Below, piece by piece: positions 18,875-28,788 of a stretch of 44,820 nt of DNA. Position numbers and translations under genes: made by a program. The notes beneath the pieces are model-generated. The model did not search any database, was not told the origin of the DNA, and saw only the letters and a program-made list of their open reading frames with translations. How positions within the stretch are numbered: position 1 is the first letter of the stretch; each line of letters opens with the position of its first letter. This DNA comes from Candidatus Hydrogenedentota bacterium (lineage in GTDB: Bacteria; Hydrogenedentota; Hydrogenedentia; Hydrogenedentales; JAEUWI01). Location of the stretch: the NCBI GenBank assembly GCA_034669905.1, contig JAXMOL010000060.1, positions 1-44,820 of the forward strand. The letters run 5' to 3'.

Positions 18875-21145
18875 TCAGCGTGCATCTTTTCGATGGGTGC
18901 GTGCTCGGTGGTGTCCTTCCGTCGCAGGGGCTGCGCTGGCATGATGGAGCCATCGCAAGGGCAGCAGGGGCGCGGTTCTTGGAGCGGCCGCAAATTCCTG
19001 GTGTTGGACGGGCGGTGTGCCAATGGCATTTCCGTCCACGGTGGCGTATTGCAGGGGAAGGAAGGCGAGCAATACCGGACCGATATCCCGGGCGTAGATG
19101 GTGGAAGCGATGTGGAGGGTCTCCTCCTCGGTCTCCACGACGACCCGGGGCGAGATACAGTCATTCTGCGGCCCCACGCCGAAACTGCGCAGGGTATAGG
19201 GGATGGGCGTATTGGGCAGGAGGGCCGTCAAGGAGCCCGCCACGTCTTCGAAGGGGGCATTGGCTGCGTCATCCAGCACGCCCGAGGCAATGGCCGCCGA
19301 GTCGGCGCCGGCCTGGGTCCAGATTTCGAGCTCCCAGGCGAGGGGGTCTTCGTGTATCACGCGGTAGACACCAAAGAATTCTGCGAAATCAGCGAGCACC
19401 GTCTCCGCCGCATCGAGATGGCGGTCAATGGTGCCCGTGTCTTTGGCCGCTTCCACGAGCACCTCGTAGTCTTCGGCCAAGGTGTTCAGCGACGGGACGA
19501 TGGGGTCGGCGGCCGTGAGGTACTGGTCCAGGGTATTGATCGAAATCGATGCCAGGACAAGCCCAACGGTTTCGCCGTTATCCGCCGCATAAGCGTTATT
19601 AAAGGCCGTGGCGTCGGTGACGAATTGATGCCAGCCCGTGAGGTCAATGGGGAAGAGAGGCGAGGCCTCGAAGACAAGGCGGGTATGTTCCAATTCCGTG
19701 ACGATGCGTTGGGCTGCGTCGATCCAATCCTGCACGTAGGCGCTGTCCGTCTCATAAGCGTCCAAGTAGCTGCGGAGCATCTGCAGGTAGGCCTCGGGGT
19801 CGCTGGCACCCATCAGCAAGGTGTCCTGAACCAATACGATTAGATCGCGTTCAAAGTAGGCCACGGCGCGCAGCTCGTCTTCGGAGTGTTGCTCCAGGGT
19901 CTCGGCGAGCGTGACCAGCTCACCCGCGACGCGGCTGATCACCCTGACCAACTGGCTTAGCTTTGGGTCGTCATTCTGGTAATCTTGAAAGGCGACGGAC
20001 CAGTTGGAATAGAACGCCAGGTCCGGTTCCAAATTGGATGCTACCTCAGAGAATGCGATGCTTCGGTTGTACTGGATTTCCAGATGGGTTTGGTAAAAGG
20101 TGTGAAAGCCCTCCAGACTGGCGGCTAAATCAGCGAGGAACCGGACCGACGCATTGGCAAAGGGGGTACTGTGGTCGTATTCGTCGAAGGTGGCACCGAA
20201 GGAATTAGCGAGGGCGAAGAGCTTTGCCGGGCTGACGAAAAAGCCCTCGTAGAGATAGCCCAGTAGTTCCTCCCGGTTCAACATACTGGTGTTTTGAGCC
20301 GCCTGGAGCAGCTCGGTGAGGTCCATGGATGCGGTCTCGATAAGGCCTGACTCGCTGGCGTAGGTCAAGGTGCCGGGCAATTCCAGTAACCGCGCGAGGG
20401 AGAGCATGGTGTCCGTTTCTGGCAGAAGGGCCAGGTTGCCGCGGTCAGTTTCCACGTACCACATGCCTTCCACGAAGACCCAATAGGTGCTCAGCTTCAT
20501 TTCACCTCCGCCCATGGTGGGCAGGGCGACACCCTTGACAGTCCGTGCGGCCAGCGTGATGTCCTCGATGACCACGTCGACCTGCCAGATTTCGAAGTTG
20601 TTTTCGGTGAACTGGTCGGCCACGGTCAGCGTAAGGCCCGAGGTGCTGATGGATTCCTGCTTGAAGGCCTTCGGCAGGGCCTTGGTGATGACCGCAGGCA
20701 GGGAATTGAAGGCATAGGTCCAGCTATTGCCCACGGCCATGGGGAAATAGGCGGTGTTTACGGGGGTGAAGGCGGAAACGGCGTTGACCGGTATGGTGAT
20801 GAATTGATTGCCGGCCCGGATGCGTACGATACCTACGCCCACGACGGAAGGATCGAGGAGGCTGCGGTCTACGGTGACATTGATTTGACCCGCGCCGGTG
20901 CCTTCCGTAGCGTCAATCTGGAGCCACGGCTGGTTGGTGCTGGCAATCCATTCCACGTCGGTGCCTTCGGCGCCAATGTCGATGCGCTGTTGGGCGTCGG
21001 TCGCCGTGAATTCCAGGGGGGCGGCTTCCACGATGAGGGAACCCGTCTCTTCCACCACCGGGGGCGTTGTGGGGCAGCCCGCGATGAGGAGTGCGAGTGT
21101 GGTGGAAAGGATGGTTCGGATCGTGTCGCGGGTGCGCCCTGTCAT
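18875..21145 (-). CDS. Large lipoprotein with N-terminal BACON-like domain
   Basis: Lipobox IAGC, BACON-like WIASTNQPWLQI...GTGAGQINVTVDR, YFPMAVGNSWTY motif and a long helical middle region. Confidence 0.75.
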   Translation of the reverse strand: MTGRTRDTIRTILSTTLALLIAGCPTTPPVVEETGSLIVEAAPLEFTATDAQQRIDIGAEGTDVEWIASTNQPWLQIDATEGTGAGQINVTVDRSLLDPSVVGVGIVRIRAGNQFITIPVNAVSAFTPVNTAYFPMAVGNSWTYAFNSLPAVITKALPKAFKQESISTSGLTLTVADQFTENNFEIWQVDVVIEDITLAARTVKGVALPTMGGGEMKLSTYWVFVEGMWYVETDRGNLALLPETDTMLSLARLLELPGTLTYASESGLIETASMDLTELLQAAQNTSMLNREELLGYLYEGFFVSPAKLFALANSFGATFDEYDHSTPFANASVRFLADLAASLEGFHTFYQTHLEIQYNRSIAFSEVASNLEPDLAFYSNWSVAFQDYQNDDPKLSQLVRVISRVAGELVTLAETLEQHSEDELRAVAYFERDLIVLVQDTLLMGASDPEAYLQMLRSYLDAYETDSAYVQDWIDAAQRIVTELEHTRLVFEASPLFPIDLTGWHQFVTDATAFNNAYAADNGETVGLVLASISINTLDQYLTAADPIVPSLNTLAEDYEVLVEAAKDTGTIDRHLDAAETVLADFAEFFGVYRVIHEDPLAWELEIWTQAGADSAAIASGVLDDAANAPFEDVAGSLTALLPNTPIPYTLRSFGVGPQNDCISPRVVVETEEETLHIASTIYARDIGPVLLAFLPLQYATVDGNAIGTPPVQHQEFAAAPRTAPLLPLRWLHHASAAPATEGHHRARTHRKDAR

Positions 21146-21317
21146 GACATGGGTCTCCTGAGAAAATTTACAGACAGTGCCCCACTATGCGCCCTGTCAA
21201 CCGATAGATTGGGTCGTTTGCACCCCGTGTGCCGCGCCCCTTTCCCTAAACCATACCCCAATTCCGCGCGCGTATTACAGTATCACGCCTCCGCGCCTTG
21301 CTCCATTCCATGGTAGA

Positions 21318-21600
21318 CTAAATAGGCGAAGATTCATCTCGGACATTTTCCAAGTCGTTTGGTTGCCATCTTAAAGAATTGGGGCTTGGGAGCGCAGGCG
21401 GCTCGCCTGCATTACGTCGAAGACGTAAAAACTACGTGCCTTCGGCCCGAGGCAGGCGGGCCGCCTGCGCTCCCAAATGTCAAAGACTTCTTTAATCAAT
21501 AGTGGCCAAGCCGAACGTCCGCTGGCCTTTTGCAGGCGCTTGCATGCGCTGTCGTAACGAACGGGTTGGATTTGCTCGAGGTCTACCTTCGCTTATTTAG
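21318..21600 (+). mobile_element. MITE-like element, copy 1 (~283 bp)
   Basis: Terminal inverted repeats CTAAATAGGCGAAG / CTTCGCTTATTTAG. Internal REP doublet GGGAGCGCAGGCGGCTCGCCTGC...GCAGGCGGGCCGCCTGCGCTCCC. Second copy inverted at 29580-29862. Confidence 0.85.
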
Positions 21601-21620
21601 GCCACGACGGTGGAGAATTC

Positions 21621-21748
21621 GGGGGCGAGACAGTCCCTGAGTAGGGACAGCCGCGCCCGTTCACGCGCATTTCGCCGAACCGGCGACATCAGCCGTCCAT
21701 CGGTATTGCCACCACGGCGGAATCCGCAGGGGCGAGACCGTCCCTGAG
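21621..21748. repeat. REP cluster, GTAGGGACAGCC family
   Basis: GGGGCGAGACAGTCCCTGA-GTAGGGACAGCCGCGCCC and GGGGCGAGACCGTCCCTGAG. Related to 44691-44745 and to the 1-511 core. Confidence 0.65.
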
Positions 21749-21791
21749 GCGCTGTTCCCTCTATGAACCGACGGCGCTCCGCCGACAAAAA

Positions 21792-22361
21792 CTATGCGAG
21801 GCGCCCTTCAAACAACTGAAGCGCGTCTTCCACTTCCTGTAGGATCGGGTGCTCCCAATCCTTTCGCAGTGCTTCGCCCATGGCGCGGTAGTACCACAGC
21901 GTGCCGTCCCGTCGTCCCCGAAACTGCTGCCAGAACCCGGCATCGTCGTGGGGGGTGTAGGTGCGGAGCATAGAGCGCAGGTTGTGGAGCTTGTCTGCGG
22001 CCAGGATGAGACGGGCCCCTTTCGGACTGTCCGGTATGCGGGCGATGTGGGCCGCTTTGCGTTCTTCCCAGCGGGGCTTGGGCTCGGTCCAGGCATCGCT
22101 GCAGGCCCAGACCAGATCGGCCACCAGTGTCCCGAATTTGTCTCGAATACGCTCCAGCACGGGCTTTCCGCCTTGGTCTTCCACGGCGTCGTGGAGCAAG
22201 GCCGCGATGAATTGGTCTTCATCTCCCCCGTGCTCGCCCACCAGTGCGGCGACGGCCATGAGATGGGTAACATAAGGCGCACCGCTGCACTTACGGCGCT
22301 GGTTTTCATGGAGTTCGAAGGCCAAGAGCATGGCGTCTCGGCTTCGATGAGAGTATGACAT
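21792..22361 (-). CDS. HD-domain protein, Mesh1/small alarmone hydrolase-like (HD_4)
   Basis: HENQRRK..GAPYVTHL, AALLHDAVED, ADKLHN. Confidence 0.88.
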   Translation of the reverse strand: MSYSHRSRDAMLLAFELHENQRRKCSGAPYVTHLMAVAALVGEHGGDEDQFIAALLHDAVEDQGGKPVLERIRDKFGTLVADLVWACSDAWTEPKPRWEERKAAHIARIPDSPKGARLILAADKLHNLRSMLRTYTPHDDAGFWQQFRGRRDGTLWYYRAMGEALRKDWEHPILQEVEDALQLFEGRLA

Positions 22362-22546
22362 CGGTAAATCCTTTTCACATTCTTCGAGAGTGACTTGTGC
22401 CCTTGGCTTCCCAGTCTACCAAAGGAACGAGGGTCGATTTCTCTTGATCACGTGATGTGCCGCGTGGAAATGAGAGGGGGCACAAGTTTCCACGAGTGAA
22501 TTCGGGCTCATATAGGTAAAGTGTAACGTTACGCACGGCGACCAAA

Positions 22547-22570
22547 GTGGGATAGGCTTCCAGCCTGTCA
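22547..22570 (+). repeat. Single REP-like palindrome
   Basis: GTGGGATAGGCTTCCAGCCTGTCA, similar to the units at 3727-3872. Confidence 0.55.
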
Positions 22571-22891
22571 CGTCGTGCGCTCAAGCAATCCAATGGTGCG
22601 GGACTTCAGAACTCGTCCCGTGGAACAGAGTAGCGACGTTTCACATCCGCGCGCTATGCGGAATTTCGCGGTCACCTTACCCAATTCGCCTACGGCGAAC
22701 CTTCGGCCCACTTTGGCACGCCTTCGGCCACCTGGACGTGTTTCTGGCAGGGAAGTGGCCTGATTTCGAACAAGGACGATTCGAAGCAAGTTTTGAGTCG
22801 ATTGAGTTTTCGCCAACGATCCCTTTTTTGCAACACGCGTCGCTACTGGTCAAACTTAAGGCCTGCTGAGAACGACAAAGGAAAAAGTGCG

Positions 22892-23182
22892 ATGAAAATA
22901 AATATGACTCTCCCCCACCCTGGTGAAACAATCAAACATGATTCTCCGGACGAGTTGGGATTAAACATAACGGATGCGGCCAAGGGGTTGGGAGTGACCC
23001 GAAACACCCTTTCGTGGGTCATCAATGGGCACGCGGGGATTTCGGCGGACATGGCCATACGGCTGGAAAAAGCCGGTTGCTCCAATGCGGACACATGGTT
23101 GCGCCTCCAAGCGGCCTACGACCTGGCCCAAGCGCGGAAGCACCAGGACGAAATACATGTGGAACGATTTGAGATGGCGTGA
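22892..23182 (+). CDS. higA: HigA-family antitoxin (HTH-XRE), apparently orphan
   Basis: [42 protein letters not shown]. Confidence 0.85.
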   Translation: MKINMTLPHPGETIKHDSPDELGLNITDAAKGLGVTRNTLSWVINGHAGISADMAIRLEKAGCSNADTWLRLQAAYDLAQARKHQDEIHVERFEMA

Positions 23183-23352
23183 GATAGCAGTGCCTATCGC
23201 TCCACTCCTGCGGGACGAACTTTTGGGTACGGGCTAACTGCGAGCTTCATTTCCACGACATTAGATTTCCGCCGGCGGCGGATTGCCGCAGTAGCGACAA
23301 GGTATGGGTAACGACAGAGGGTCGTCGTCACAAGCCAAAAGGGAGGCGTGTT

Positions 23353-24078
23353 ATGAATAAAAAATTGATGTTTGGGATAGTGTTTTTGGCACTGGTGTTG
23401 ATTGGTTGTGACACTATACACCCAAGCGGGCGACTTTCTCCCATGATGGCGTTGACAGATCCAGTCCGAACAGATTCTCGGCTAGAGCGCATTCAAAATG
23501 AAGAAATTCCCTCAGAGAATTTGCCAGCTACCGACAGAGGTTGGCTTTTAGGAAAGCAATTTGACGCGTATGTCGTGGGAGACATCTCTGTGCAGTCGCT
23601 GGGCGCGCAGTGGGCCAAAAATGTACTGGGCATCCGCATTCTGGTCAGAAACTCAGGCACGATACCGTGGGATATTCCACTTGATAATGTGACGTTCGTA
23701 CCGAAGGACCTAGGCAAAGCCCGGCACAAGGTTGGCAGAGCGTACAAACCGACCATTGTTTTTGAATACTTCGGCACGGAACACGCCTCCGTGTTCGTAG
23801 TCCCTGAATACGTCGACCCGGAAGTTTCGTTTCTTCGTTCCGCCAAGAGTCGTTGGTCCAGAGTCCACAATGCCGTCGAGAATACGCTGCAAGCGTACTA
23901 CACCGAATCCCAGAGCCAATTCTTAACAGGAGATATTTCTTCGGTGACTATATCCCCGGATAGTACCGCATTCCTTTACCTCGTCTTCCCTGTCGGATTT
24001 ATCGAATCTGGCGAACTAAATTTCCCAGTGGATGAAGACCGTGCCGTACAATTTCAGCTTTCGGAATCGGAGTTTTAG
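23353..24078 (+). CDS. Hypothetical lipoprotein
   Basis: Strong SD GGGAGG, lipobox LIGC, visibly lower GC than the flanks. Confidence 0.75.
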   Translation: MNKKLMFGIVFLALVLIGCDTIHPSGRLSPMMALTDPVRTDSRLERIQNEEIPSENLPATDRGWLLGKQFDAYVVGDISVQSLGAQWAKNVLGIRILVRNSGTIPWDIPLDNVTFVPKDLGKARHKVGRAYKPTIVFEYFGTEHASVFVVPEYVDPEVSFLRSAKSRWSRVHNAVENTLQAYYTESQSQFLTGDISSVTISPDSTAFLYLVFPVGFIESGELNFPVDEDRAVQFQLSESEF

Positions 24079-24107
24079 ACGGAGAGAAATCCCATCGTGG
24101 CACCACC

Positions 24108-24905
24108 TTATTTCGCCACGCGCTTCTTCAGGTAGGCGATAAACTCCTCCGGGTGGTCTGTCTGGATGCCGTCCGTCCCCCACGCCAGGGCGTCGTCCCA
24201 ACAGCTGGGGTCGCTTTCGTCGACGATGACCACCGCACCAGCCTCGTGACAGGCGGTAACGAAGGTGCGGCTGAAGTGACGCCAGACGGAGGCCACCACC
24301 TTGGGCTCGTAGTCCGCTATGAGCTTGGCCAGATTCTCCTCGGGTCCCGGGTCGGGCATGGAGATGCCGCCGTGTTGCTTGACGTAGGCATGTTCGTGGG
24401 GGTCGCAGTACCAGATGACGTCCTTCACCATGTCGTATTGCTTAATCATCTGAAAAAGCTCCGCTACATCGGCTTCCTTGAGATCGAGGTAGATGCCAAT
24501 CTTCCCTTTGCAAAGTTGCAGGATTTCCTCAACGGTGGGGATGCGCTCGTCCTTCCATTTCGGGTCGACCCGGCTGCCGATGTCTAAGGCCTTCAACTCG
24601 GCCAGGGTGAAATCGGAAACCTTCCCTTTGGCATCGTCGGTGTAGGCATCCACCGTGCTGTTGTGGACGCTGACGATGACGCCATCTTTGCTGGTGCGTG
24701 TATCGATTTCGACAAAGTCGGCGCCGAGATCGATGGCCCGTTGATAGGCCGCCAGGGTGTTCTCCGGACGGTCTTCGTGGGCACCTCGGTGGCAAACCAC
24801 GTAAATGCCGCCGTTACGAGGCGGGGCAAGTACGTCGGATTTGAGGGGCTGCTCCGCGAGGGCAGGAAGGCAAAGTGCGATGGTCAACAGGGCGCGCGTG
24901 ATCAT
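24108..24905 (-). CDS. Secreted glycerophosphodiester phosphodiesterase (GDPD)
   Basis: CHRGAHEDRPENTLAAY, EIDTRTSKDG, GIQTDHP. Confidence 0.92.
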   Translation of the reverse strand: MITRALLTIALCLPALAEQPLKSDVLAPPRNGGIYVVCHRGAHEDRPENTLAAYQRAIDLGADFVEIDTRTSKDGVIVSVHNSTVDAYTDDAKGKVSDFTLAELKALDIGSRVDPKWKDERIPTVEEILQLCKGKIGIYLDLKEADVAELFQMIKQYDMVKDVIWYCDPHEHAYVKQHGGISMPDPGPEENLAKLIADYEPKVVASVWRHFSRTFVTACHEAGAVVIVDESDPSCWDDALAWGTDGIQTDHPEEFIAYLKKRVAK

Positions 24906-25180
24906 GAGAATTCCTCGGGGGCTTGAAAAGAAGACGGTTGGGTGCCACGATCTCATGTGCTTTCACGGACAAACCCTGCCGGGCCTGGCCGTGGCACCCG
25001 ACGTCGTTTTTTGTTCCAACAACCGGTGTAGAATAGTTCTAATTCTTCCTTTTTCCCGCTCGCAATGTCAATGAACGCCGACTAATTAACTTGATCTGAT
25101 TTGCCCAGTGAGCCATTATACTAGACGGTTTTCCGTAAACACGGACAGGCTCGATTTCCCCTGTCTGGAGAGAGGTTCCC

Positions 25181-27160
25181 GTGAAGTACATCGTCTTATC
25201 CATCACGTTCATCGCATTTTGTGTTTCCCTTGCCCCGGCTGCAGAAGACGGTGAGGTCGTGGACTATCTGAAAGACGTCCACCCTATCCTGGCCGAGCAT
25301 TGTTATTCCTGCCATGCCGGGGACAAGCGCAAGGGCGGACTCCATCTGGGTGCCCGCGAAGGGCTGCTGAAAGGCAGTGAGAGTGGCCCGGTGGTGGTGT
25401 CGGGCAAGGCGAATGAGAGTCTGCTGATGGAGGTGATTACCACCTCGGATGAAGACCTGCTCATGCCCCCCAAGGGACGTCGCCTGAATGAGGCCGAGGT
25501 GGCCACCCTGCGCGCCTGGATTGACGCCGGTATGCCCTGGGATGAGAGTATGCCGAAGGAGTCGACCTACCAGGCTCCGTTACAGCTTCAGGCCGCGACG
25601 CCCCAGCGTGATGCACCCCACCTCGTGGATGCCTTCCTGGCGGATTATCTGGAAGCCAGGGGCCTCGAACCGGGTGAGCCGGTCTCCGACAACCTTTTTG
25701 CACGCCGCGCCTATCTTGATATTACGGGGTTGGTGCCCACGCCGGAATCCCTCACCGCCTTCGCCAGCGACAAGACGCCGGGCAAGCGGGCGCGCCTGAT
25801 TCAAACCCTGCTCGCCGATGACCGGGGCTATGCCGAACACTGGATGAGCTTCTGGAACGATTTGCTCCGAAATGACTTTCAGGGTACAGGGTATATAGAC
25901 GGCGGCCGGAAACAGATAACCGATTGGCTTTATGCGTCGCTCTATGAAAACCGACCCTACGATGACTTTGTGCGTTCGCTCATTGCCCCGCCCACCGAGG
26001 CGTCGGAAGGCTTCATTAAGGGGATCGTCTGGCGTGGCGACAATGCCATCGTGCAGCAATCCGCCATGCAGGCGGCTCGGAATGTAGGCCAGGTCTTCTT
26101 GGGGATAAACCTTAAGTGTGCCTCCTGTCACGATAGTTTTGTGGATGACTGGAGTTTAGAGCAGACCTTTGCGCTGGCGAATTGCTTCAGCGATGAGCCC
26201 ATGGAATTGGTTCGTTGTGAGACGCCCCTGGGCGTAGAGGCGGGCTATGGTTTTCTTTGGCCGGAGTTGGGCGATGTGGATGGGAGTCTTCCCAAAGCGG
26301 AGCGGACCGCCAGGATTGCCGCGCTCGTGACCGCGGAAGGCAATGGCCCCTTTGCGCGAACCATCGTGAATCGGGTCTGGGCCCTGCTCTTAGGGCGTGG
26401 CATCGTCGAGCCGTTGGACTCTATCGATCAGGAGCCGTGGCACCCGGAATTACTTGATGCACTGGCCCTGGGTTTTGTGGAGAGTGGCTATGATCTGCGG
26501 AAGTTGATTGAGACCATTGCCACCTCCCAGGCCTATCAGTGGCGCGCCATTCCCGCGAGCGAGCTGGCGGACAAGGACTACGTGTTCCGTGGTCCGACAG
26601 TGCGCCATCTCTCGGCCGAACAGTTTTACGATGCCCTTGCCAGTATGACGGGGGTGTGGCAGGCCAATCCGAAATTCATCATGCCGGAAGACAAGACGCC
26701 GGAAGAATTGGCCCGACAGGAAGCCCTGGCCAAGGCGGCGGCGGGTGGCAAAAATGAAGAAGCGAAGCCGGGCGACAATACCGTGGAAGGGCGCAAGACG
26801 CCTGTCCGGGCGTGGCGCGTGCCAGCCGATTCCCTCTCCAAGGCCCTGGGCCGCACGGCGCGGGAACAGGTGACCACCCGCCGGGAGACGGTGGGTACGA
26901 CGTTGCAGGCCCTCGAGTTCAGCAACGGCACAACCCTGTTTCAACAGATTCAGCTCAGTGCCGAAGCGCTGGAGCAAGGTTGGGACGGTACGGCGGAGGG
27001 ACTCATTATCCGCCTCTACGAACACGGGCTACAGCGGTCGCCCAGCGTGGAAGAGTTGCAGCTGGCCTATCGCATTGTGGGCCCGGATGTCCGCCGCGAG
27101 GGGCTGGAAGACCTGTTGTGGGCCCTGACCATGCATCCTGAGTTTCAATTGATCTACTAA
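25181..27160 (+). CDS. Planctomycete cytochrome c / DUF1549-DUF1553 (PSCyt/PSD1) protein
   Basis: Signal peptide, CYSCH, RRAYLDITG, CASCHD, FARTIVNRVW..LLGRGIVEP, EDLLWAL...EF. Confidence 0.9.
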   Translation: MKYIVLSITFIAFCVSLAPAAEDGEVVDYLKDVHPILAEHCYSCHAGDKRKGGLHLGAREGLLKGSESGPVVVSGKANESLLMEVITTSDEDLLMPPKGRRLNEAEVATLRAWIDAGMPWDESMPKESTYQAPLQLQAATPQRDAPHLVDAFLADYLEARGLEPGEPVSDNLFARRAYLDITGLVPTPESLTAFASDKTPGKRARLIQTLLADDRGYAEHWMSFWNDLLRNDFQGTGYIDGGRKQITDWLYASLYENRPYDDFVRSLIAPPTEASEGFIKGIVWRGDNAIVQQSAMQAARNVGQVFLGINLKCASCHDSFVDDWSLEQTFALANCFSDEPMELVRCETPLGVEAGYGFLWPELGDVDGSLPKAERTARIAALVTAEGNGPFARTIVNRVWALLLGRGIVEPLDSIDQEPWHPELLDALALGFVESGYDLRKLIETIATSQAYQWRAIPASELADKDYVFRGPTVRHLSAEQFYDALASMTGVWQANPKFIMPEDKTPEELARQEALAKAAAGGKNEEAKPGDNTVEGRKTPVRAWRVPADSLSKALGRTAREQVTTRRETVGTTLQALEFSNGTTLFQQIQLSAEALEQGWDGTAEGLIIRLYEHGLQRSPSVEELQLAYRIVGPDVRREGLEDLLWALTMHPEFQLIY

Positions 27161-27209
27161 TCAGCGTGGCCGATGCGCCACGGAAGTTCCTCGACAGGAG
27201 GTAAATACC

Positions 27210-28625
27210 ATGTCCTTACGACGTCGTGATTTTTTGAAAACGGCCAGTGCCGCCACCCTTTCCGCCTTGGCCGCCGGTGCTCCCCGCCTGGCGGGTGCCA
27301 ACACGCCCCAATTTGATATTGCCCCCACGGCAGACCGCGTGATCGTGCTCTGGATGGCCGGCGGTATGGCCCACACGGATACCTTTGACCCCAAGCGTTA
27401 CACGCCCTTCGAAGTGGGTATCGACCCGAGTACGGTGCTGAGTACCTTTCCGGCCGTGGAGACGGTTGTCGATGGGGTAAAGTTTTCTGAAGGCCTGGAA
27501 AAGATCGGTCAGGTCATGGATCGGGGCACGATCTGCAACACCTATACGGCCGGTGACTTGGGTTTCATCCTTCACTCTCGCCACCAATATCACTGGCACA
27601 CGGGCTATGCCCCCCCCCTTACCGTCGCGGCGCCCCACATCGGTGCCTGGGTGGCGAAAACCCTCGGCCCCATCAATCCCGACCTGCCAGCCTTTATCGA
27701 CATCGGGCAGAAGTTCACCGTGGGGGAAGCGGAAGAACTCAAGGCATTTCATACGGCGGGATTCCTGGGTAGTGAATTCGGCCCCTTTATGATCGCCGAC
27801 CCGGCCGACGCCGTTTCGAGCGTGCGCCCTCCCGGCGGCATGGACATGGGGCGTTTCCAGGACCGAAATAAGCTCTTCAAGGAACTGGTGAAAGCGAGCC
27901 CCATCGGTGAGTACGGCAGTGGCTACCAGCAGGAATCGCTGTTGCGGTCCATGGACAATGCCCACCGCCTCCTTACTTCCCCGGCCGCAAAGGCTTTCGA
28001 TTTGTCCGACGAGCCGCAGGCGGTCTACGACGCTTACAACACGGGAAAGTTCGGGCTGGGTTGTCTGCTGGCCCGGCGTTTGTGTGAAGCGGGTACCCGT
28101 TTCATTGAAGTGACGACGGAATATGAACCCTTCAAGCGTTGGGATACCCATGAAAATGGTCACACGCGCATGAAGGAGTTGAAGACCATGATCGATGCGC
28201 CCATCGCCCGCTTGATTCTCGATTTGGAAGAGCGGGGCCTGCTGGACAACACGCTGGTCATTCTGGCCAGTGAGTTCAGCCGTGACATGGTGATGGAGGG
28301 GAAACCCGGCAAGTTGGTGAAAGACCAGGTCGCTGTGCCCCAGGAGCTGACCGAACTGAAGCACTACGGCATGCACCGCCATTTCACCGATGCAGGTAGC
28401 CTCCTACTCTTCGGTGGCGGCATCAAGAAGGGTGTGAAGTACGGCGAGACCGCCGACGAGCGGCCCTGCAAGACCGTCGACAAACCCATCCACATCGAAG
28501 GCTTGCACGCCAGCATGTACCACGCCTTGGGCATCCCGGCGGACCACGGGTACAGCGTCGAGGGCCGTCCTTTCTATGTGACCAAAGATGGGCTGGGCAA
28601 GCCGGTGATGGAATTGTTTGGCTGA
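27210..28625 (+). CDS. DUF1501 family protein with Tat signal
   Basis: RRDFLK, WMAGGMAHTDTFDPK, FGLGCLLARRL, WDTH, SEFSR. Usual partner of DUF1549/1553. Confidence 0.92.
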   Translation: MSLRRRDFLKTASAATLSALAAGAPRLAGANTPQFDIAPTADRVIVLWMAGGMAHTDTFDPKRYTPFEVGIDPSTVLSTFPAVETVVDGVKFSEGLEKIGQVMDRGTICNTYTAGDLGFILHSRHQYHWHTGYAPPLTVAAPHIGAWVAKTLGPINPDLPAFIDIGQKFTVGEAEELKAFHTAGFLGSEFGPFMIADPADAVSSVRPPGGMDMGRFQDRNKLFKELVKASPIGEYGSGYQQESLLRSMDNAHRLLTSPAAKAFDLSDEPQAVYDAYNTGKFGLGCLLARRLCEAGTRFIEVTTEYEPFKRWDTHENGHTRMKELKTMIDAPIARLILDLEERGLLDNTLVILASEFSRDMVMEGKPGKLVKDQVAVPQELTELKHYGMHRHFTDAGSLLLFGGGIKKGVKYGETADERPCKTVDKPIHIEGLHASMYHALGIPADHGYSVEGRPFYVTKDGLGKPVMELFG

Positions 28626-28746
28626 TGGAGAACCCGGTCGACGTGGTGGCCGCGAGAAGAACCTTAACCCGACCGGCGGTCGCGTGGGATCGGGTGGCAC
28701 AATAGAACGCTGCGATTCATTTCTGCCCTTAGGTTTTCCATGAGCT

Positions 28747-28776
28747 CAAAAAAAAAGCCCCTCCGAAGAGGGGCGC
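28747..28776 (-). terminator. Rho-independent terminator (minus strand)
   Basis: Poly-A on the plus strand followed by GCCCCTC-CGAA-GAGGGGC. Confidence 0.8.
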
Positions 28777-28788
28777 GCACGGGCTGAC

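Noticed and set aside
18817..19000. T-box leader for alaS
   Set aside because: No T-box consensus or terminator is seen, and the upstream gene ends only ~58 nt away.
28660..28700. FMN riboswitch suggested by CCCGACCGGCGGT
   Set aside because: It lacks AGGGTGAAATT and the second half, and it lies between convergent gene ends.
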